A DNA stretch of 64,000 nt from an uncultured candidate division Zixibacteria bacterium. Its GTDB lineage: Bacteria > Zixibacteria > MSB-5A5 > GN15 > FEB-12. This document shows positions 58,935-64,000 of this stretch, piece after piece (the first letter of the stretch is position 1; each line of letters begins with the position of its first letter). The notes below the pieces were generated by a model that saw only the letters and a list, made by a program, of their open reading frames with translations, had not been told where the DNA came from and did no database searches. Location of the stretch: the NCBI GenBank assembly GCA_963735035.1, contig CAVTJJ010000004.1:576001-640000 (forward strand). The letters run 5' to 3'. The position numbers and the translations under genes were made by a program.

Positions 58935-59048
58935 GTTGCGTCAGGTCCTGCCCGCCGAAGGCGGGTGTGACCTGACGCTTCCAACGCCAAGAAGACTCAC
59001 GCGTCAGGTCTCACCCCCGCCAAGGGCGGGGGAAGGACCTGACGCAAC
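58935..59048. repeat. Inverted REP doublet (REPIN-like) of the GCGTCAGGTC family
   Basis: GTTGCGTCAGGTC...GACCTGACGC and GCGTCAGGTC...GACCTGACGCAAC. Confidence 0.88.
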
Positions 59049-59071
59049 AGCATACTCTGGAGTTATTGAAT

Positions 59072-59803
59072 ATGGCTCTCTTAAGCGTAAATCTCGATCA
59101 GGTGGCGACACTTCGCGAAGCTCGCAAGCAACGCGAACCCGACCCGGCCCAGGCCGCTGTGCTGGCCGAGTTGGCCGGCGCGGACGGCATCGCCATTCAA
59201 CTCCGTCGCGACCGCAAATTCATCCGTGACCGCGATCTATACATTCTGCGCGAAGTAGTCAAAACGAAACTGACGGTCGAGTTGCCGCCCGCCGATGAGA
59301 TGATAGCGCGCGCTATCGAGGTCAAGCCGGCCATGATCACGCTGGTGGCCGATCACGCCGACTCCGGCAGCCCGGTCTCCGGGATTGACTTTCAGACTCC
59401 GGCGATTGATTACTCCGATGTCACTATGCGCTTCAAGGGTGTCGGGATAGGGGTATGCTTCTTTGTCGAGCCCGACCCGGACAGTATCAAAGGAGCGGTC
59501 AGGGCGGGCGCCGACGCCGTGCTAATCAACTGCGGCGGGTTCACCTATGCGCTCACGCTCGACGAAGCTCAGCGCGAACTGGATCGCATCGACGCCGCCG
59601 CGCAGGCCGCAGTCAAAGCGGGTGTGTCGATCTATGCCGGGCGCGGAATCAGTTTCAAGAATGTGCTCGCCTTGCACGAGTTGGGAGTGTTCCATGAATA
59701 CTTTGTGGGGCATTCGATAGTGTCACGCGCGGTGCTCAAGGGGATGGAAGCGGCGGTGGCCGAAATGCTGGCGGTGGTGCGCACCGACCTGCCGCAGGGA
59801 TGA
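59072..59803 (+). CDS. pdxJ: Pyridoxine 5'-phosphate synthase homologue with altered active site
   Basis: LSVNLDQVATLREAR, EPDP, AGADGI, AGRG, VGHSIVSRAV. Confidence 0.85.
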   Translation: MALLSVNLDQVATLREARKQREPDPAQAAVLAELAGADGIAIQLRRDRKFIRDRDLYILREVVKTKLTVELPPADEMIARAIEVKPAMITLVADHADSGSPVSGIDFQTPAIDYSDVTMRFKGVGIGVCFFVEPDPDSIKGAVRAGADAVLINCGGFTYALTLDEAQRELDRIDAAAQAAVKAGVSIYAGRGISFKNVLALHELGVFHEYFVGHSIVSRAVLKGMEAAVAEMLAVVRTDLPQG

Positions 59804-60809
59804 ATGCCATGACCGAACGCGACGACGAACTCACCGGCGAAATCATCACGCACCGCGTCCCGAACGATATCGGCGCGGCCCGGCTGGACAAATATCTGGG
59901 CGATCATGCCGATATCGGACTGAGCCGCTCGCGCGCTCAAAAGCTGATCTTCCTCGGGTTGGTGCTGGTGGACGGTCAGAAAGTTCTATCCAAGCATCAA
60001 TCGAATGGCGGGGAATTGATCGAGTTGTCCATACCGGCGCTGCCGGTCGAAGGGAATCAAGGGCGAAAACATCCCGCTCGATATCGTCTTCGAAGACGAT
60101 TGGCTGGTTGTGGTCAACAAACCGGCGGGGATGGTGACGCATCCGGGGGTCGGCAACCGAAGCGGCACGCTCGCCAATGCGCTGGTCTATCATTTCGAAA
60201 AGCTGTCACACGAAGGCGGCAAGCACCGTCCGGGGATTGTGCATCGGCTGGACAAAGATACGTCGGGTCTGCTGGTGGTCGCCAAGGATGACGATACTCA
60301 TCTGGCGCTGCAGGGGTTGATCCAGATCGCGCGAACTTAAGCGCACTTACCTGGCGCTTATCTGCGGCCACATGAAAGACGACGAGGGGACTATCGACCT
60401 GCCGATCGGGCGGAACCATAATCTTCGCACGCTGATGGCGGTCGACGGCGACGATCCGCGCGAGGCGATCACGCACTGGACGCTTTTGGAGCGGTATCGC
60501 TCGTATGATTTTCTCGAAGTGTCGCTCGAGACCGGGCGGACGCATCAGATCAGGGTGCATCTGGCGCATCTGGGGCATCCGGTGTTTGGCGATCCGGATT
60601 ACGGCGGCCGCGAGAAATGGTTGAACGCAATGTTCGGCCCGGAACGTCCGCTGGCGCGCAAGATGCTGGAGCTTCTGCCGCGCCAGGCACTTCACGCCGC
60701 CCGCATCGAATTTTCCCACCCGCACACGGGGGATGAGATGTCGTTCGAGTCGCCCATGCCGTCGGATTATGCGCGAGTGGTTGACGTTGTGAGGGAAGCG
60801 GGGGCGTAA
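59800..60809 (+). CDS. rluD: RluA/RluD family pseudouridine synthase, two frameshifts (about 60052 and 60325)
   Basis: S4-like RLDKYL, VNKPAGMVTHPG, HRLDKDTSG, ETGRTHQIRVH, GDPDY, RQALHA. Confidence 0.92.
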
Positions 60810-60815
60810 GTCTTC

Positions 60816-60970
60816 GTAGGGCGGGTCTGCTTCAAACCCGCCAACAATACGGTAGCTCCCGTAGGGCGGGTCTGTCTCAAACCCGCCAACGTAGTATCGT
60901 AGGGCAGGAGCCCTGCGCTCCTGCTAGCGGTGGCCTCAAAGATGGAAGGTTCGAAGCGAACCTGCCGTAC
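60816..60970. repeat. GTAG-type REP cluster between convergent genes
   Basis: GTAGGGCGGGTCTG..AAACCCGCC twice (60816, 60861), GTAGGGCAGGAGC..GCTCCTGC (60899). Confidence 0.85.
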
Positions 60971-60976
60971 AAGAGT

Positions 60977-62260
60977 CTATATCAACCGCCTTAACAAGAT
61001 CTTCACTTCGCGCTCCTGATCACCAAGTCGCAACAGCAGAGTCACCGTTTCGCCTTCACGTGTCATCAGTGGCCCCCGCTTCCACGGATCAGCGTATTCG
61101 GTCGCGACTAGGCCATTGATTCGGACAATCTTGTCGTTAGTAGTTACTCCGGCCTCGGCAGCCGGTGATCCGGGAAGCACGCGGCGTATCGTAAGCATTT
61201 CCCCGTCGCGCCGCCCCAACCAGAGGCCGGACATGTCATATTCGAACGGCTCGCCAAAGGTCTGATTGGGCTCCACGTACATCTTCTGATGTGGGTAGTC
61301 GTAGATGAAATTGAATCGCGACAATAGACCGAGACCGATCATGACTTCGCCAAAGACCTCGCCGGAGTCATCTGGATCGACAAATCCGGCTGTCACCTGC
61401 TCAACCTTGTACCCGCCGATCTCGACGCTCTTAACCCGTCCCCAACTTCCCCGTGTCTCGCCCTGAATGCCAAATCCGAGGGTGCCCGGAACGGCGTTCG
61501 ACGGCGCGGCGAAACGATGCTTGCCTCTGGGGCTGATTTCGAGTTGGTCACCGTATCCCAGGTCCATGTACAGATTGAGCGTCACCGAGCGTCCATCGGC
61601 AAGCTCCAACACGGCCGGAATCGCCCACATGTCCCGACCGAGCGGGACCATTGGGATTTCGCGGCCGTTGCCCTGGTATTTGAATTTGTCCGGGGGAGTG
61701 AGCGTTAGCATCATATGGTCGAAGTCAAACGAGACCACAAAATGCTTCAGGAAGGTCGCGCTGACCTGGCCTTCGACAAACCACGGGTTTGCCCGTCCGG
61801 GCGTGTACGGCATGACCACGGCGGCCTGGTCAGTGAACTCCACACCTGGAACGCGAAGCGTGACCCCGGAAGCGGTCCGTGCCGCCGCTTTGCTCCCCTC
61901 ACCGCTGCCGCCAACGTCGGCGGTGCCTTCGTATTGGAAACTCAGCGAATCGTCCATCGGACTGCCGAAGAAAAGCAACTGGTCCCACAGCACGCCGTTG
62001 TCGAGCAGCATGCGTACCGCGTGGCCATTAATCTCGGCGTCGAACTTGATATCGCCCCGAAAGAGTTCGAAGGGAAAGCTAATCACGCTGTCCTGTCCGA
62101 GTATCCGGTAACTTCCTGGGGGCGGGCCTAGGACCGGGATGGAATCGTCGGCGATGACTGCAGTTGCCGAACCGAACAATATGCCAAGTGCGGTGAAAAG
62201 GTACAGAAGCGAAAGCGAACCGAGTCTGAGCGGATTGCTACAATGATGTTGTCGTTTCAT
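60977..62260 (-). CDS. Secreted aspartyl protease family protein (two retropepsin-like domains) with a C-terminal PDZ
   Basis: MLLDNG, YMDLG, IGLGLLSRFNFIYDY, VLPGSPAAEAGV..NDKIVRING. Confidence 0.85.
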   Translation of the reverse strand: MKRQHHCSNPLRLGSLSLLYLFTALGILFGSATAVIADDSIPVLGPPPGSYRILGQDSVISFPFELFRGDIKFDAEINGHAVRMLLDNGVLWDQLLFFGSPMDDSLSFQYEGTADVGGSGEGSKAAARTASGVTLRVPGVEFTDQAAVVMPYTPGRANPWFVEGQVSATFLKHFVVSFDFDHMMLTLTPPDKFKYQGNGREIPMVPLGRDMWAIPAVLELADGRSVTLNLYMDLGYGDQLEISPRGKHRFAAPSNAVPGTLGFGIQGETRGSWGRVKSVEIGGYKVEQVTAGFVDPDDSGEVFGEVMIGLGLLSRFNFIYDYPHQKMYVEPNQTFGEPFEYDMSGLWLGRRDGEMLTIRRVLPGSPAAEAGVTTNDKIVRINGLVATEYADPWKRGPLMTREGETVTLLLRLGDQEREVKILLRRLI

Positions 62261-62901
62261 GTTGTATGTCCTTCAGGATTGTGAATGGCGTAGGCGAACA
62301 GATCGATGAAACTCCGGACGTATTCGTCCGGGTCGAACTCGGCGAATGAGTAGGTGGTCGTAAGCCCCCGGTGAATGACGCTTCGTAGCGAATGAAGGAA
62401 GAGGCTGATGCTCATATCCACCGGCAGGTCCGGTCGAATAGAACCGTCCCGTACACCTATCTTGAAGATGCCCCGAAGTCCTTCTGCTAACTCCTCATTG
62501 ACTGTCGCAAAGTCCTTGAAGGCCTCACGGCTGAGGTGCTTGCGATCGACCCCGCGATAATCCCAATATGCCTGCAACGTCAACGCATCTGGGTGGGTCT
62601 TGCAGAAATCGTACAGCACTTCGGCCCAGGCGATGAGCTTCTCCAGGCCAGTCGCGGCCGTAGCGGTTCTCTCCTTTTGCAGCGCCCAGCGCACCTTCAG
62701 GTCTTCTGTAAACACCAGCAGGCGGATCTCGTCGGCACTCTTGAAATAGGAGTAGATGGTGCGACGGGTGTAATCTGATGCGGCAGCGATCTCCTCCATG
62801 GCCGTGTTTTCCACTCCGTTTTGGGCAAAAAGGAGGCGCGCCTGCTTGAGGATAAACCGGCGACGGGTGTCTGCTTCCAATTGTCTGCGTTGCTGCGTCA
62901 T
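62257..62901 (-). CDS. TetR/AcrR family regulator
   Basis: ILKQARLLFAQNG..TAMEEIAAASDYTRRTIYSYFKS; overlaps the protease start. Confidence 0.92.
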   Translation of the reverse strand: MTQQRRQLEADTRRRFILKQARLLFAQNGVENTAMEEIAAASDYTRRTIYSYFKSADEIRLLVFTEDLKVRWALQKERTATAATGLEKLIAWAEVLYDFCKTHPDALTLQAYWDYRGVDRKHLSREAFKDFATVNEELAEGLRGIFKIGVRDGSIRPDLPVDMSISLFLHSLRSVIHRGLTTTYSFAEFDPDEYVRSFIDLFAYAIHNPEGHTT

Positions 62902-63189
62902 ATCCAATTGTACTACACAATATGTATATTTGTCTATACTGTACGAGTAATATACTTGGAAAGTTGCTGGTTAAAGGTTTATCCCGGTCTTTGGGCGGTG
63001 GTTCCAATCGGGCTGGGCGGGAATGGCGCCGAGGCCCCGGCCGAACTCGATTCCCCCTCGGCCTTTTTCCTTGCCCTAAGTGCCCCAACAAGGTAAACTT
63101 GGGCCGTATTGCGTTCGATATATGTATAATACGGCAGTGGCCCGGTTAGCCGCGCCTAAACGACCGCAAACTGGTTAAAGGGACTTAAC

Positions 63190-64000
63190 TTGGGATTCTT
63201 CGACCTCCTCTCCAACGATATCGGAATCGACCTCGGTACCGCCAACACCCTCGTCTACGTACGTAATCAGGGGATCGTGCTCAATGAGCCGTCAGTTGTC
63301 GCCGTCGAGAAGTCTTCCGGCAAAATCCTCGCCATCGGCTCCGCCGCCAAAGAAATGACCGGCCGCACCCCCGGCGGGATCGAAGCGATCCGGCCGCTCA
63401 AGGACGGTGTCATCGCCGATTTCGAAATGTCCGAGCGGCTCATCGCCGATTTCATCCGTCGCGTGGTCAAACGCAAATACATTATGAAACCGCGCGTAGT
63501 CATCTCGGTACCGTCGGGAATCACCGAAGTCGAAAAGCGCGCCGTGCGTGATTCGGCCGAGGGAGCGGGCGCCCGCGAGGTGTATCTGATCCAGGAACCG
63601 ATGGCGGCCGCGATCGGAGTCGGCCTGGCGGTCGATCAACCGACCGGTATTATGATTATCGATATCGGAGGAGGCACGTCGGAAATCGCCGTGATTGCCC
63701 TCAATGGTATCGTCAATGATACTTCTATACGTATCGCAGGCGACGAGTTCAACGACGCCATCATCAACTATCTCAAGAAGAACTACAACCTGCTCATCGG
63801 CGAATTGACCGCCGAGGACATCAAAATCAAGATCGGTTCCGCCTACGCGCTCGATAAAGAACTCTCCATGGAAGTCAAAGGGCGCGACCTGGTCGCAGGC
63901 GTGCCGAAGAATCTGACCGTCTCGTCGGTGCAGATTCGCGAGGCCTTGTCCGAGACGCTCGACATTGTGGTCGAGGCGGTCCGGCAAGCGCTCGAGCAGA
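63190..64000 (+). CDS. mreB: Rod shape-determining protein MreB, 3'-truncated by the window edge; not in the ORF track
   Basis: TTG 63190 gives GFFDLLSNDIGIDLGTANT, NEPSVVA, RPLKDGVIADF, EPMAAAIG, DIGGGTSE. Confidence 0.97.
   Translation, partial: MGFFDLLSNDIGIDLGTANTLVYVRNQGIVLNEPSVVAVEKSSGKILAIGSAAKEMTGRTPGGIEAIRPLKDGVIADFEMSERLIADFIRRVVKRKYIMKPRVVISVPSGITEVEKRAVRDSAEGAGAREVYLIQEPMAAAIGVGLAVDQPTGIMIIDIGGGTSEIAVIALNGIVNDTSIRIAGDEFNDAIINYLKKNYNLLIGELTAEDIKIKIGSAYALDKELSMEVKGRDLVAGVPKNLTVSSVQIREALSETLDIVVEAVRQALEQ

Overview
Bacterial chromosomal window (GC-rich) mixing housekeeping operons with accessory envelope and secreted-protein genes. The FCB-type gene content (FlgD-Ig/CTD 'NYPNPFNP' tails, lemA-TPM, single-domain GlmU, LytR_C-rsfS-rho, ftsEX-envC-holB-ricT-metG-tatD-rsmA-pdxJ-rluD, mreB) suggests a Zixibacteria-like lineage; this assignment is inference, not searched. 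One tRNA-Ser(UGA) is present. I found no CRISPR array, integrase or transposase. Many intergenic gaps hold REP-like palindromes of several families, and a ~180-bp MITE with terminal inverted repeats sits inside those hairpins. About nine single-base frameshifts, including in rho and metG, look like sequencing or assembly indels. One of them hides the most interesting gene: an 87-aa secreted six-cysteine peptide (45044-45308), absent from the ORF track, lying between a membrane-anchored CxxC redoxin and a large secreted protein in a REP-bounded cassette. Other highlights are a Cyc2-like cytochrome-porin paired with a di-heme peroxidase, a GpgS-HAD phosphatase fusion, and PdxJ, FtsE and Nudix homologues lacking canonical catalytic residues.
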